From: a virus
Lineage: Duplodnaviria; Heunggongvirae; Uroviricota; Caudoviricetes
Length of the DNA stretch: 64,000 bases
Strand: one strand, 5' to 3'
Virus record (IMG/VR): IMGVR_UViG_3300024269_000002
In this document: piece by piece, positions 9,896 to 19,347 of the stretch
How the letters are laid out: every line of letters starts with the position of its first letter
How positions within the stretch are numbered: the stretch's first letter is position 1
The notes under the pieces: model-generated
The model's input: the letters and a program-made list of their open reading frames with translations, nothing else
Database searches by the model: none
Told to the model about the DNA's origin: nothing
Position numbers and translations under genes: made by a program

Positions 9896-11374
9896 ATGGC
9901 ATATACCGCGTTTATCACTCGATTGAAGAATTTACATAAGCATCCGAATGCCGACAGACTACAGATTGGTGAATGTTTCGGCAACGCCGTTGTAGTCTCT
10001 ATGGAGTATACCGATAATCAACTCGGTATCTATTTCCCTTGTGATGGTAAGTTAAGTGTTGAATTTGCTGAGGCAAATAACTTGCTGCGTAAGAAGGACG
10101 AAAATGGTAACAACATCGGTGGTTACATGGATCCTGAAAAGCGTAATGTTACCGCTCTGAAGCTTCGTGGTGAAAAGTCTGATGGACTGTTTTTACCTCT
10201 TGAAGCACTGAAAGACTTTGGCGACATCACAACACTCACTGAGGGAATGAAGATTGATGTTTGGAATGGACATCTAATCTGTGAAAAGTACATTCCAAGA
10301 AAGCAGAACAGAACTGGAAGTGTTACTGCAGGCAACAGAACTCGTAAGAAGCATGTTCCTACTGCACCGTTGTTCACTGAACATGCAGACACTGAACAGC
10401 TGGCTTACAACCTTGGAGCATTTAAGAATGGAGACTTGATTGAAATTTCTCTAAAGATGCACGGTACTTCTCAGAGAACTGCATATCTTCCTGTGTTCCA
10501 GGGTTACGCATCTCCGTTTCCTTGGGCACGTAGCGTGCTAAAGCACATTGACCCCGACCGTAAGATGAATTGGTTCACCAAGAAACTTTACGATGCAGCT
10601 ATGAAAACAGCAAACCCTGTCTATGATTGGGGTTATGTGAGTGGTACTCGTCGTGTTGTGTTGGATAATTTTGATGGTGGCTTCTATGGTTCCAATGAAT
10701 TCCGTGAACAGCATAGCAAGTTCTTCGAAGGTAAGCTTCTGAAGGGTGAGGAAGTTTACTACGAAGTAGTTGGATTTACTCACACTGGCGCTCCCATCAT
10801 GTCTGCTGCATCTAACAAGAAGCTGAATGATAAAGAATTTGTTAAGCAGTACGGAGACACTACTGTGTTCTCTTATGGTTGTGCACCTGATGGTAAGAAG
10901 ACTATGTATGGTTACGATGAAGAAGGTGCGTTCGCTCTTACTGAAGCATGTCCTCAGTCTGAAATGTATGTTTACAGAATGACTATGACCAATGAGGACG
11001 GCGATGTTGTTGAATACACTCCTGACTACATGCGTTACCGTTGCGAGCAGATGGGTGTTAAGACTGTTCAGGTGTTTGAGAAGTTCTATATTCCTGAAGA
11101 TCAACTGTTACAGAGTTCTGAGGATGGTTCTCCTGTATGGGTACCTGTTACTAACCCTGGTGAGTATGTTCTTGAAAGAGCGGAACGCTACTTTGATGGC
11201 CCTGATCCTGTTGGTAAGACTCATGTTCGTGAGGGTGTTGTTGTTCGCATCATCAATCGTCCTAAGTTCTGTGCATACAAGCACAAGAATTGGTTCTTCA
11301 AAGCTCTTGAAGGTCTTGTAAAAGTCGAAGCTGATGCACCGGATATGGAAGAAGCTCAAGATGCCACTGAGTAA
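9896..11374 (+). CDS. RNA ligase (DRB0094/Rnl2-type) with N-terminal OB domain
   Basis: HPNADRL OB segment; nucleotidyltransferase motifs I KMHGT, IV EGVV and V KHK. Confidence 0.8.
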   Translation: MAYTAFITRLKNLHKHPNADRLQIGECFGNAVVVSMEYTDNQLGIYFPCDGKLSVEFAEANNLLRKKDENGNNIGGYMDPEKRNVTALKLRGEKSDGLFLPLEALKDFGDITTLTEGMKIDVWNGHLICEKYIPRKQNRTGSVTAGNRTRKKHVPTAPLFTEHADTEQLAYNLGAFKNGDLIEISLKMHGTSQRTAYLPVFQGYASPFPWARSVLKHIDPDRKMNWFTKKLYDAAMKTANPVYDWGYVSGTRRVVLDNFDGGFYGSNEFREQHSKFFEGKLLKGEEVYYEVVGFTHTGAPIMSAASNKKLNDKEFVKQYGDTTVFSYGCAPDGKKTMYGYDEEGAFALTEACPQSEMYVYRMTMTNEDGDVVEYTPDYMRYRCEQMGVKTVQVFEKFYIPEDQLLQSSEDGSPVWVPVTNPGEYVLERAERYFDGPDPVGKTHVREGVVVRIINRPKFCAYKHKNWFFKALEGLVKVEADAPDMEEAQDATE

Positions 11375-11597
11375 ACCTGTAACATACATGCCTCGGCGTG
11401 ACTCTCATCCGAACTGGGTAATGCATAATCCAATTCTTCGTGAAGGTGAGCTTGCATATGATTATGACACTAATCAATTTCGGATAGGTGATGGAAAGAG
11501 ACACTGGAGAGATCTACCACCGTTTGAAATGCCAACAAAGTGGTACGGATATTCTCCTGAAGGACAACCAATATTCAGATTCAAAGCTCATGATTAA
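11361..11597 (+). CDS. stand-alone Mtd-N/hyaluronidase N-terminal-like domain protein
   Basis: W...NPILREGELAYDYDTNQFRIGDGKRHWRDLP signature. Confidence 0.6.
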   Translation: MPLSKPVTYMPRRDSHPNWVMHNPILREGELAYDYDTNQFRIGDGKRHWRDLPPFEMPTKWYGYSPEGQPIFRFKAHD

Positions 11598-11600
11598 GAT

Positions 11601-11634
11601 AAACTGCGTGTACTTTGTTGTGCACGCAGTTTTT
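11601..11634 (+). terminator. intrinsic terminator
   Basis: aaactgcgtgtac/gtgcacgcagttt hairpin plus T tract. Confidence 0.75.
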
Positions 11635-11640
11635 GTTTAG

Positions 11641-11669
11641 TTGATTATTCTACAGTTTTATAATATAAT
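11641..11669 (+). promoter_or_regulatory. sigmaA-like promoter
   Basis: TTGATT-N17-TATAAT. Confidence 0.75.
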
Positions 11670-11697
11670 AGTACTATAACGAATGGAGGTAAGCATT

Positions 11698-11952
11698 ATG
11701 CTGGAACGAGTTAAGGAGATTGTTTTTAGAGTTCGAGAGACCGCCGCAAAAGCTGATTTGCTCTATGTTGTTTGCGTCTGGAAGGGCCCGTTCAACGAAA
11801 TCAATCATCGAGTGGGATACTTTGAATCTTCTACTGAAGCAACTTTCTTTGGTCAGAAGCTGAAAGATTGTTATACCAACAAGTTTCAGCTGCCCTTCAT
11901 CATCTATTCCAATGTTGATCATCTTGACAATGTTGGTAACTTGTTTGACTGA
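11698..11952 (+). CDS. hypothetical protein
   Basis: GGAGG RBS. Confidence 0.65.
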   Translation: MLERVKEIVFRVRETAAKADLLYVVCVWKGPFNEINHRVGYFESSTEATFFGQKLKDCYTNKFQLPFIIYSNVDHLDNVGNLFD

Positions 11953-11964
11953 GGAGGTTTCACT

Positions 11965-12615
11965 ATGAAGAAGTATTCTGTACAAGAAGTTTTTGATCTC
12001 CTTGGTAAGGAAGCTCTGTGTGTTCAAGAAGTGCGCCACGGTAACAGGGCAAGTATTGAGGTTGAAGGGTATCAGGTCCATCAGAAGTCTCTCAGATATG
12101 CAACATTCTATCAGAAAGGACTGAAATGTGCATGTTGCGGGAAGGAAGGTTCATACTTCTTGCTTGAGCCGGATCGTACAGGAGCGGCTGCAGCTACTCG
12201 ACGACATTTCAATCTGTATGCTGAGGACGGCACTCTGATGACTAAGGATCATATCCGTCCTAAGAAATGGGGTGGTCAGGATGTGGTCGATAATCTCCAG
12301 ACCATGTGTGAACCTTGTAACAGAAACAAGGGCTGTCAGTTCAACGAAGAAGTTGATTGCATTGTTGGTACAAAAATAACTAACGGTGAAGAGATTGTGT
12401 GCTTCAATATTGAGGATGCAGTTTATCAAGCGTGTATTCTTACTGGGGCTATGTCGAAGAACAAGAAGCCTGGTAAGCTGACCAAGCAAGTAATTCACAT
12501 TGCCCTTCGTATGAGGGATGTAGTCGATACTGATCAAACATACGCAGGTTGTTACTGGAAGACCTGCAAACGAAAGATGGAAGGAGTTTCCTATGAGGGA
12601 CCTAACTCTAGATGA
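11965..12615 (+). CDS. HNH endonuclease
   Basis: CACC...TKDHIRPKKWGG...NLQTMCEPCNRNK. Confidence 0.85.
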   Translation: MKKYSVQEVFDLLGKEALCVQEVRHGNRASIEVEGYQVHQKSLRYATFYQKGLKCACCGKEGSYFLLEPDRTGAAAATRRHFNLYAEDGTLMTKDHIRPKKWGGQDVVDNLQTMCEPCNRNKGCQFNEEVDCIVGTKITNGEEIVCFNIEDAVYQACILTGAMSKNKKPGKLTKQVIHIALRMRDVVDTDQTYAGCYWKTCKRKMEGVSYEGPNSR

Positions 12616-13444
12616 CGTAATCTTTTCGAGACTTAAGAGTGATTACGACTACTGCGTAGCACAAGGTTATGAAGTAGTTGGTGTATTTCTTTTTGGTTCT
12701 CAGAACTACAATATGCATACTCCTGAATCTGATGTTGATGTTAAGGCAATGGTTATTCCAAACATCAATGATTTAGTATGGGGTAATACAGAAATAGCAA
12801 AGAAAGTGGTTCGTGACAACGGAGAACTTGTAATCTATGATATCGCGTCCATACATAAGAGCATCAAGAAACAGTCTATCAACTTTGTTGAGATTTTGTT
12901 TACTGAGTACAAGATACTGAATCCTCAGTATGCACATCTATATGCTCCGATGTTTACTCATCGCGAGAGTATTGCAGATTTGAACACTTTCAAAGCTGTT
13001 CATTGCACTTTGAGTATGGCAAGAAATAAGCACAAGATGCTGTTTGCCGAATTGCCTTCCAATGCTTCCAGAGTACAGAAGGCTGGTTACGACTACAAAG
13101 CATTTGCAGAAATTTTACGGATGGAAGATTTTCTTGCTACAAGAATTTCTGGATTGCCGTATGGCATCAGTTTGATTTCCAACAATGTGAACTATCTCAG
13201 AAAGATCAAGATGCACGAACTTGATTTCCCGTTAGAGCAAGTTCGTGCATGTGCTGATAAAGCACTTGAACATATGTCAAAAAGAGTAGACACATTTGAT
13301 GAAGTCTACGGAGAGAACATCAATGAGCCGATGGTTCAATTAGTTGATGAAGTAACAAAAAACATTATTCTTCGATACATAAAGACAGAGGTAGATAGAT
13401 ATGACGGAGCTGATAGTACTGATTGGCCTGCCTGGTGCAGGTAA
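12593..13444 (+). CDS. predicted pol-beta superfamily nucleotidyltransferase
   Basis: GSQNY...SDVD motif and NFVEILFT. Confidence 0.75.
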   Translation: MRDLTLDDVIFSRLKSDYDYCVAQGYEVVGVFLFGSQNYNMHTPESDVDVKAMVIPNINDLVWGNTEIAKKVVRDNGELVIYDIASIHKSIKKQSINFVEILFTEYKILNPQYAHLYAPMFTHRESIADLNTFKAVHCTLSMARNKHKMLFAELPSNASRVQKAGYDYKAFAEILRMEDFLATRISGLPYGISLISNNVNYLRKIKMHELDFPLEQVRACADKALEHMSKRVDTFDEVYGENINEPMVQLVDEVTKNIILRYIKTEVDRYDGADSTDWPAWCR

Positions 13445-14279
13445 GTCAACTCTTGGTAAGAAGTACATAGAAAATCAAGTATGTAAAGGCAACCTGTTCT
13501 GGACTTGTTGCTCTTCAGACAAGACACGCAGAATGCTTTGGGGTGATGAACGCATTCAAGGCAAGCCTGATACTGTTTTCCGCAACTTACATGCAGATGT
13601 TGAAAGACATCTTCAGAAGGGAACTAATGTTGTCTATGATGCAACAAATGTTTCTCGCAAGAATCGTAAACAGATCATTCAACTCGGCAAGAAGTATGAC
13701 TGTGTTATTAGAGCAGTTGTTGCTTGGGCTCCTGTAGAAGTTTGTATCGAACGTGATGCAGCTCGTGAAAGAACAGTTGGTTCTGGAGTCATCATGAAGA
13801 TGTTGAAGCGCTTTGAGGTTCCTTACTTTGATGAGGGATTCAATACAATCGATGTGTACAATACTGTTGAGGATTTCGATGAAGTTGCTTACAACAATAA
13901 GCTTCTGGAAGATATGAAAATCTCTCACGATAATCCTCATCATACATATGACGTATATGAGCACTGTGTTGCTGCAGAGAGTGTTGCCAAAAGGCTCTAC
14001 TCTTCTGTAATCGCAGAAGCAGCTAAGTATCATGATTGTGGTAAACCGTTGGCTAAGTTCTTCAAAGAAGGAGAAACTACAGCTCACTACTACAATCACG
14101 ATAACATTGGTGGCTACTTAGCTCTGGGTTTGAAGAAGTTCACATTTGTTCTCCTTATTCCGTGGCTGATTTCCAATCATATGCAGCCGTTCTTCAATTC
14201 TAACTATTACAGAACGCTCGAAGACTGCCTCAGAATTCCTCTTGATCAACTTCATGATTGTGATCTGAGTGCTCACTAA
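13401..14279 (+). CDS. polynucleotide kinase (AAA_33) fused to HD domain
   Basis: GLPGAGKST P-loop, DATN, R...RER; C-terminal HH...EH...YHDCGK...NH HD motif. Confidence 0.85.
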   Translation: MTELIVLIGLPGAGKSTLGKKYIENQVCKGNLFWTCCSSDKTRRMLWGDERIQGKPDTVFRNLHADVERHLQKGTNVVYDATNVSRKNRKQIIQLGKKYDCVIRAVVAWAPVEVCIERDAARERTVGSGVIMKMLKRFEVPYFDEGFNTIDVYNTVEDFDEVAYNNKLLEDMKISHDNPHHTYDVYEHCVAAESVAKRLYSSVIAEAAKYHDCGKPLAKFFKEGETTAHYYNHDNIGGYLALGLKKFTFVLLIPWLISNHMQPFFNSNYYRTLEDCLRIPLDQLHDCDLSAH

Positions 14280-14297
14280 CAAACTGTTATTTTACAG

Positions 14298-14326
14298 TTG
14301 ATTAATCAACAATCTCATAATATAAT
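14298..14326 (+). promoter_or_regulatory. sigmaA-like promoter
   Basis: TTGATT-N17-TATAAT followed by GTAAATAA. Confidence 0.75.
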
Positions 14327-14352
14327 ATTAGTGTAAATAAAGAGCACAGGAG

Positions 14353-15018
14353 ATGTTGATTATGTTGAAGTTCAAAGCATTCATGGAGTACATTGATGAG
14401 TATCGTCAGGTGAGAGAAAATCAGCTTTTTGCTGCAATGAGAGCACGTGAAGACTGGATGAATACTGCCCGGTCTCAAGTCAAGTCTCAGCGCCTTATCA
14501 ACATTGTTCCTGAAGAGTATCGTAGAGGTTTCGGATGCTACAGCTTGTGGGATGTCTCTGATAGAGCTCAGTTTGTTGAAACTGACCGCTATGTTGCAGT
14601 TCTCGATGTTTACACGATTGACAGCAAAGATTACAAAGTTGTTCTTGCTGTTGATGCAAGGGATGCTCGAGGTTATGACCGTTGGAGACTGAAAGACAAG
14701 GCTGTCGAAGAGCTTGATGAGCACAAGAAGTTCTTGAATGATCGGAAGATCAGCAAGACCGATTATGCTCAAGTAGAAGGCAGATCTACTCACTGGTGCA
14801 TGGGACGAGCAATCAAAGATGCTGAGAATCATCGCAAGTCCATTGAACAGAAAGTTCAGAAGATCGTCGGCGATGTTACTGAAATTCTGGAAGATGTTGA
14901 TGGTTGGTATCTGAATGGAAGCAACGGAAAGCGCTGCCATATGTGGTTTATCTACGCAGGCGGCTATAACATTCAGTGCTTGCACACTCGTTGTTTAGTT
15001 AAGGAAGTTAAACTGTAA
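14353..15018 (+). CDS. hypothetical protein
   Basis: Own promoter; C-terminal AGGYNIQCLH segment. Confidence 0.7.
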   Translation: MLIMLKFKAFMEYIDEYRQVRENQLFAAMRAREDWMNTARSQVKSQRLINIVPEEYRRGFGCYSLWDVSDRAQFVETDRYVAVLDVYTIDSKDYKVVLAVDARDARGYDRWRLKDKAVEELDEHKKFLNDRKISKTDYAQVEGRSTHWCMGRAIKDAENHRKSIEQKVQKIVGDVTEILEDVDGWYLNGSNGKRCHMWFIYAGGYNIQCLHTRCLVKEVKL

Positions 15019-15031
15019 AGGAGCAACATTC

Positions 15032-15244
15032 ATGTTTGATGCACGCATTCCGTACGCAGGATCCTCTCTTCAGCAACTTGAAGAAAAACTCAGAGTTGTA
15101 AAACGGTTGATCAGTCAAGTTGGGTCCATGACTAAACCATCTAACTTTACATATATCGACTGTTATGATCTTTCCACAGAGTTGGAAACTTTGAAACGCT
15201 GTATTGAAGCAGCAATTGAAAGGAAGCGCCATGAACAAGAATAA
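15032..15244 (+). CDS. hypothetical protein
   Basis: AAGGAG RBS. Confidence 0.6.
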   Translation: MFDARIPYAGSSLQQLEEKLRVVKRLISQVGSMTKPSNFTYIDCYDLSTELETLKRCIEAAIERKRHEQE

Positions 15245-15383
15245 TGTTGTCAAATGTACTGCAATGATTGTTGCAGGAATTATTGCAGTAGTTGCTATGT
15301 TAACCGATCCTGCAAACGGCATTCTTGCAATCGGTCTGTTTGCAGTCATTGCGTTTGTGCTCTGCATGTAGGAGGTATGCCGA

Positions 15384-15920
15384 ATGCGCAAAGTTGACGG
15401 TGTAAATCGAATATTTGTATATCTTCCTGATTGGGGAAATGACTACAAGTGGTGGGTCTGGAATGTAGATCGGATGCGCTTGTCTAACTACAATCACGGT
15501 GGATTTGATATAGACGAAAATGCTCAGTACTGGGCCACAGCCGAGAAACATCCTGAAATCTTATCTTGGCATGATCTGTACAATCAAACTGGGTATAATC
15601 CACTAGAGTCACATATTGGTGCGTTCAATACCTGGATTTCTCCGGATGGTGAGTTCTGGGAGGGTGAAGCACACATGGTGGCAGCAAAGAAGATTGCTGA
15701 AATCTACTATGGATACTATACTGATGATTATTCCGGAGAGTGTGAGGCTTATCTCCTTGCTCACGGTTGGTTGAAAGCTACTAAGAGTGCAATGTGGCCT
15801 TATTACCTGAAAGATAATGAAGACCGAGCTTGGATTACAACTTCTAAAGCATTTCTTAGTTTGATTGAGTACTGTGAACTTCATAATCTTAAGATTCCAA
15901 TGAATATCAAGTATCTGTAA
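15384..15920 (+). CDS. hypothetical protein (WISPDG...H...GW motif)
   Basis: GGAGG RBS; motif shared with 20347..20712. Confidence 0.65.
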   Translation: MRKVDGVNRIFVYLPDWGNDYKWWVWNVDRMRLSNYNHGGFDIDENAQYWATAEKHPEILSWHDLYNQTGYNPLESHIGAFNTWISPDGEFWEGEAHMVAAKKIAEIYYGYYTDDYSGECEAYLLAHGWLKATKSAMWPYYLKDNEDRAWITTSKAFLSLIEYCELHNLKIPMNIKYL

Positions 15921-15944
15921 AATAACTGTTTCTATCTTAACAAG

Positions 15945-15973
15945 TTGAATATCTACTGAATTTACATTACAAT
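15945..15973 (+). promoter_or_regulatory. sigmaA-like promoter
   Basis: TTGAAT-N17-TACAAT followed by GTAAATA. Confidence 0.65.
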
Positions 15974-16004
15974 ATGTATGTAAATAGTTGAGGAGGCGCA
16001 AGTT

Positions 16005-16217
16005 ATGAACGATCATACTGTATTCAAGTTCACGATGTTTTTCGATGGTGATTTCCGACCCGAGGATCGTCAGGAGCGTTATGTCGTAGCCAAGACTGAG
16101 GATGAAGCTATTGAGAAATTCAACAAGTATCTTCAGCATCAAGCTGCTAACGGCTTTGCAAAGCCCACTGCTTACAGCTATTATCCCACTGTTGAAATTG
16201 ATTATGTAATTGTTTGA
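16005..16217 (+). CDS. hypothetical protein
   Basis: GAGGAGG RBS. Confidence 0.65.
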   Translation: MNDHTVFKFTMFFDGDFRPEDRQERYVVAKTEDEAIEKFNKYLQHQAANGFAKPTAYSYYPTVEIDYVIV

Positions 16218-16232
16218 TTGGAGGCCATTAAC

Positions 16233-16499
16233 ATGAAGAAGTACATTATTAAGAAGCACTGTGAAGCGACAGAACGCTGCACAGTTGCATTAGGCCGTGT
16301 TCAGGATTACTATTACGGAGATAGCGAAAGGTTTCTGAGTCGCGATTTCCTTCCCTCTGAAGAGACCACTCGTATCTGTGGATATGATTCAGAAGTTGCT
16401 GCTCAGGAGCGTATGAAGGCAATTCAGAAGTCCGCAGAGCTGGAACAGTCCTCCGGATACTGGGTGATTACCACCGAAATTATTTCCGTGGAGGTTTAA
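16233..16499 (+). CDS. hypothetical protein
   Basis: GGAGG RBS. Confidence 0.6.
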   Translation: MKKYIIKKHCEATERCTVALGRVQDYYYGDSERFLSRDFLPSEETTRICGYDSEVAAQERMKAIQKSAELEQSSGYWVITTEIISVEV

Positions 16500-16502
16500 T
16501 CG

Positions 16503-16739
16503 ATGGACCAAACCAGAGAAGCTCCGAAAGTATCTATTCGGAAAGTTCCTATGATGCCGTTCAAAGTGAGCGTGCTTTGTGATTGCGGTGGTGAATATAT
16601 TTTCGATGATGCTCCCGTTGCACTGCATCCTCGAGTTTACAAGCATAAGTGTAACAACTGTGGTTATGAACTCCTTCTTCAGGAGCATTTCCCACAAACT
16701 GTTTATGAAGAGGTACAGTTTGATGCCGAAGGTAATTGA
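16503..16739 (+). CDS. small Zn-ribbon protein
   Basis: CDCGG...HKCNNCG. Confidence 0.6.
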   Translation: MDQTREAPKVSIRKVPMMPFKVSVLCDCGGEYIFDDAPVALHPRVYKHKCNNCGYELLLQEHFPQTVYEEVQFDAEGN

Positions 16740-17199
16740 CTCATTTCAGTTAGAGTATGATTTCCTGAGTAACTTCTATCCTTGTTTTGTTACTTACAAA
16801 GGAATTACATATCAGAGCTCTGAAGCAGCATTTCATGCTCAAAAGACACATGATGTGTATAAACAGGTCGAGTTCACACTGATGAATCCCTCACAATCCA
16901 AGAAAGCTGGCAGATCACTTGCTCTCCGACCAGACTGGGATGATGTTAAGTATCAGATCATGTACGAAATTGTGTTACAGAAATTCGTACAGAATGAATG
17001 GATACAGCAGAAGCTTCTCGCAACAGAAGATGCTGAGCTCATTGAAGGTAACTGGTGGGGTGACACTTACTGGGGCGTCTGTAAGGGAGTAGGAGAAAAT
17101 AATCTGGGAAAAATTCTCATGAATGTTCGAGACTACCTTAGAACTGTACAGAGTGCTCAGTTAACTTTGGCAGTTAGGAAGGAGGACAGAGATGGCTAA
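16723..17199 (+). CDS. NADAR (YbiA-like) family protein
   Basis: FLSNFY, SEAAFHAQK, RPDWD, LIEGNWWGDTYWG and GENNLGKILM motifs. Confidence 0.9.
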   Translation: MPKVIDSFQLEYDFLSNFYPCFVTYKGITYQSSEAAFHAQKTHDVYKQVEFTLMNPSQSKKAGRSLALRPDWDDVKYQIMYEIVLQKFVQNEWIQQKLLATEDAELIEGNWWGDTYWGVCKGVGENNLGKILMNVRDYLRTVQSAQLTLAVRKEDRDG

Positions 17200-17596
17200 C
17201 TACAGTACTGTGGCCTTCCGAAACACGCTACAAGATATGATTGAAAACCCTGTAATGGAACTTCGAAGCGATGTTACAGACATCTCTGCGTGTGTCAACA
17301 CTATTGATCAACAGTTACGCAACACATCCGAAAAGTTGGAAACAGAGTTAACGGAACTAAGAAACGAAAACAACAAGCTTCGTAACCAAGGATATGCAAC
17401 TCTTGATCAGTTAGATACACTTATTCATCATCAGTTAACAACTTTGGATTCAATGATTGTTTGTTTTAGAACTTGCAGTCAGCTATCAACAAACATCAAC
17501 AACCAGTTAACTAAGAAAATCAAACGGTTAACAAGATTAACAGCATTGCTTGGTTTACTTAGCATTGCTGCAATACTTTTTGCAATATTGAGGTAA
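17192..17596 (+). CDS. coiled-coil protein with C-terminal TM anchor
   Basis: Heptad-rich sequence, hydrophobic C-terminus. Confidence 0.6.
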   Translation: MANYSTVAFRNTLQDMIENPVMELRSDVTDISACVNTIDQQLRNTSEKLETELTELRNENNKLRNQGYATLDQLDTLIHHQLTTLDSMIVCFRTCSQLSTNINNQLTKKIKRLTRLTALLGLLSIAAILFAILR

Positions 17597-17602
17597 AATC
17601 AT

Positions 17603-17941
17603 ATGTCCATTGAATCTTTGAATGCTGTCCAGAGCTGTCAAACTGAAGAGAATGTTTGCGTATGGACAGCTGGTACTATTGCCAATCTAACTCCTGTTCA
17701 AGAATGTAATTGTCAAGTTGATAACTTGCCGTCTGCAGAGGATTATCAGCAACAGGATATGAACTATGTGACGGGATACTGGGAACTTCAGTCAAGAAAG
17801 TGGAGTGAACCGAAATACCGTTGTCCTGTTTGTAATGAAGGTGGCATGCGTAGAGATGAAACAGTTGTTCTCACTTCTAATCCTCCTTCTTATCGGTATG
17901 AGTGTGATAAGTGTCATCATGTTACATATCATCACATCTGA
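17603..17941 (+). CDS. Zn-ribbon protein
   Basis: CPVC...CDKC. Confidence 0.6.
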   Translation: MSIESLNAVQSCQTEENVCVWTAGTIANLTPVQECNCQVDNLPSAEDYQQQDMNYVTGYWELQSRKWSEPKYRCPVCNEGGMRRDETVVLTSNPPSYRYECDKCHHVTYHHI

Positions 17942-17950
17942 GGAGTAGTT

Positions 17951-18232
17951 ATGTCTAATCATTACTGTAAAAATCTATTACCGAACGGTGTATGTAGAAA
18001 AACAGGGAAACTCTGCGAAGATGCATTGCCAAGTAATGCTCTCGAACCTGAACTTCCGAACTGGTTATCCCCTGAAAACATTCCACCAGCTTGCAGAGGA
18101 TGTTCAAACCATCCAAGTAATGGAGGAACAGGAATCTGTTTCTGTACTCTTGGTAGTATGGAATTTACTGCAGGGACGAGTACAGGTTCCGATATTCAGT
18201 ACACAACAAGTATCAATGTTGCCGAGGATTAA
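17951..18232 (+). CDS. Cys-rich hypothetical protein
   Basis: GAGGAG RBS; CRGCSNH...CFC. Confidence 0.55.
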   Translation: MSNHYCKNLLPNGVCRKTGKLCEDALPSNALEPELPNWLSPENIPPACRGCSNHPSNGGTGICFCTLGSMEFTAGTSTGSDIQYTTSINVAED

Positions 18233-18249
18233 CTTCCTCGGCAATTAAG

Positions 18250-18278
18250 TTGATCATTTCAACTGTTACAACTATAAT
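18250..18278 (+). promoter_or_regulatory. sigmaA-like promoter with AACTGTT
   Basis: TTGATC-N17-TATAAT. Confidence 0.7.
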
Positions 18279-18306
18279 AAAGTTATACTACAACAAGGAT
18301 GGTACT

Positions 18307-18642
18307 ATGATGTTTGGTTTACTGATTCGTGAGTATGAATACGGTTCAAGTAAAGTTACAGAAAAGTTGTATCACAAGATCTACGCATCTCAAGATGATG
18401 CATTTTCCGGCGCAAGATCGCTCATGAGTGGTAAAGCGAAAACTTTGAACCATTCCTCTACTCAGAGAGACAACATAACTAAGTTCATGTGTGTTGATTA
18501 CGGATACACTGTTGGAAACACAGATGACTTTGATGCAGCTGTAATCTTTGTTGACGGTAAATATGGTATTCATTCAGAAAATGATGCAACCATCAAGCTT
18601 GTTACTTCTGCAAAAGTTGTAAAATTTATGGAGAGCCAATGA
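18307..18642 (+). CDS. hypothetical protein
   Basis: ATG downstream of promoter. Confidence 0.6.
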   Translation: MMFGLLIREYEYGSSKVTEKLYHKIYASQDDAFSGARSLMSGKAKTLNHSSTQRDNITKFMCVDYGYTVGNTDDFDAAVIFVDGKYGIHSENDATIKLVTSAKVVKFMESQ

Positions 18643-18643
18643 T

Positions 18644-18886
18644 ATGTCGAAAGCACAAACAACACATTACATCGGTATGAATGATCAAGGATTGTATTGG
18701 GCAGGATACAACACTTGGACTGATCAGATCCGAAAGGCTAAACAGTACAACAGCTTGAAACTTGCGCAGGAGTACATTCGTGAAGCTGTAATTAGATCTA
18801 ATCAGTGGAGTCATCCTCCAATCAATTCCTACACTATACTAACTGTTGAAATAAACATTCTTGACACACAAGAATTCAGCGTCTAA
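18644..18886 (+). CDS. hypothetical protein
   Basis: Tightly packed + strand ORF. Confidence 0.6.
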   Translation: MSKAQTTHYIGMNDQGLYWAGYNTWTDQIRKAKQYNSLKLAQEYIREAVIRSNQWSHPPINSYTILTVEINILDTQEFSV

Positions 18887-19346
18887 GGAGCATAATGTGA
18901 CAAATATCAAATCTTGTTATAGAACCGCAAGAAAGCAACATGTGTGCAATCTTTGTAACGGTTACATAAATCCAGGTGATAGATACCACTACGAATTCAA
19001 CAAAGATGGGTCGGATGTTTGGAGTTTCGTAGCTCATCTTGAATGTCAATTTGTAGCTCAGGAACTGTGGGAGTTCATTGATCCGTGGGATGGAATGTTT
19101 GATGATGACTTTCAAGATGGTGTTCGCAGATTCTGTAAGAATATGATCTGCCCTAAGTGCAAGAATTACAACACGGAAGATGAAGACTGCATGAACGATG
19201 AGTCTTACTGTATCCATCATTGCGTAACTCTGCTGAAAGATTATGATTTTACAACAGTGAAGGTTGATAACCCGAAACCATTTGGACGATACTGGGGTCT
19301 TGTTAAGAAAGAACATCCCCTCACTAAACTTCCTGGAGAACTTTGA
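18861..19346 (+). CDS. Cys-rich hypothetical protein
   Basis: ARKQHVCNLC...HLEC motif; true start probably near 18897. Confidence 0.6.
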   Translation: MTHKNSASKEHNVTNIKSCYRTARKQHVCNLCNGYINPGDRYHYEFNKDGSDVWSFVAHLECQFVAQELWEFIDPWDGMFDDDFQDGVRRFCKNMICPKCKNYNTEDEDCMNDESYCIHHCVTLLKDYDFTTVKVDNPKPFGRYWGLVKKEHPLTKLPGEL

Positions 19347-19347
19347 T

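Noticed and set aside
11965-12615. Intron-encoded homing endonuclease / group I intron
   Set aside because: The HNH gene is free-standing with its own RBS, flanking genes are not split, and no intron core was recognised.
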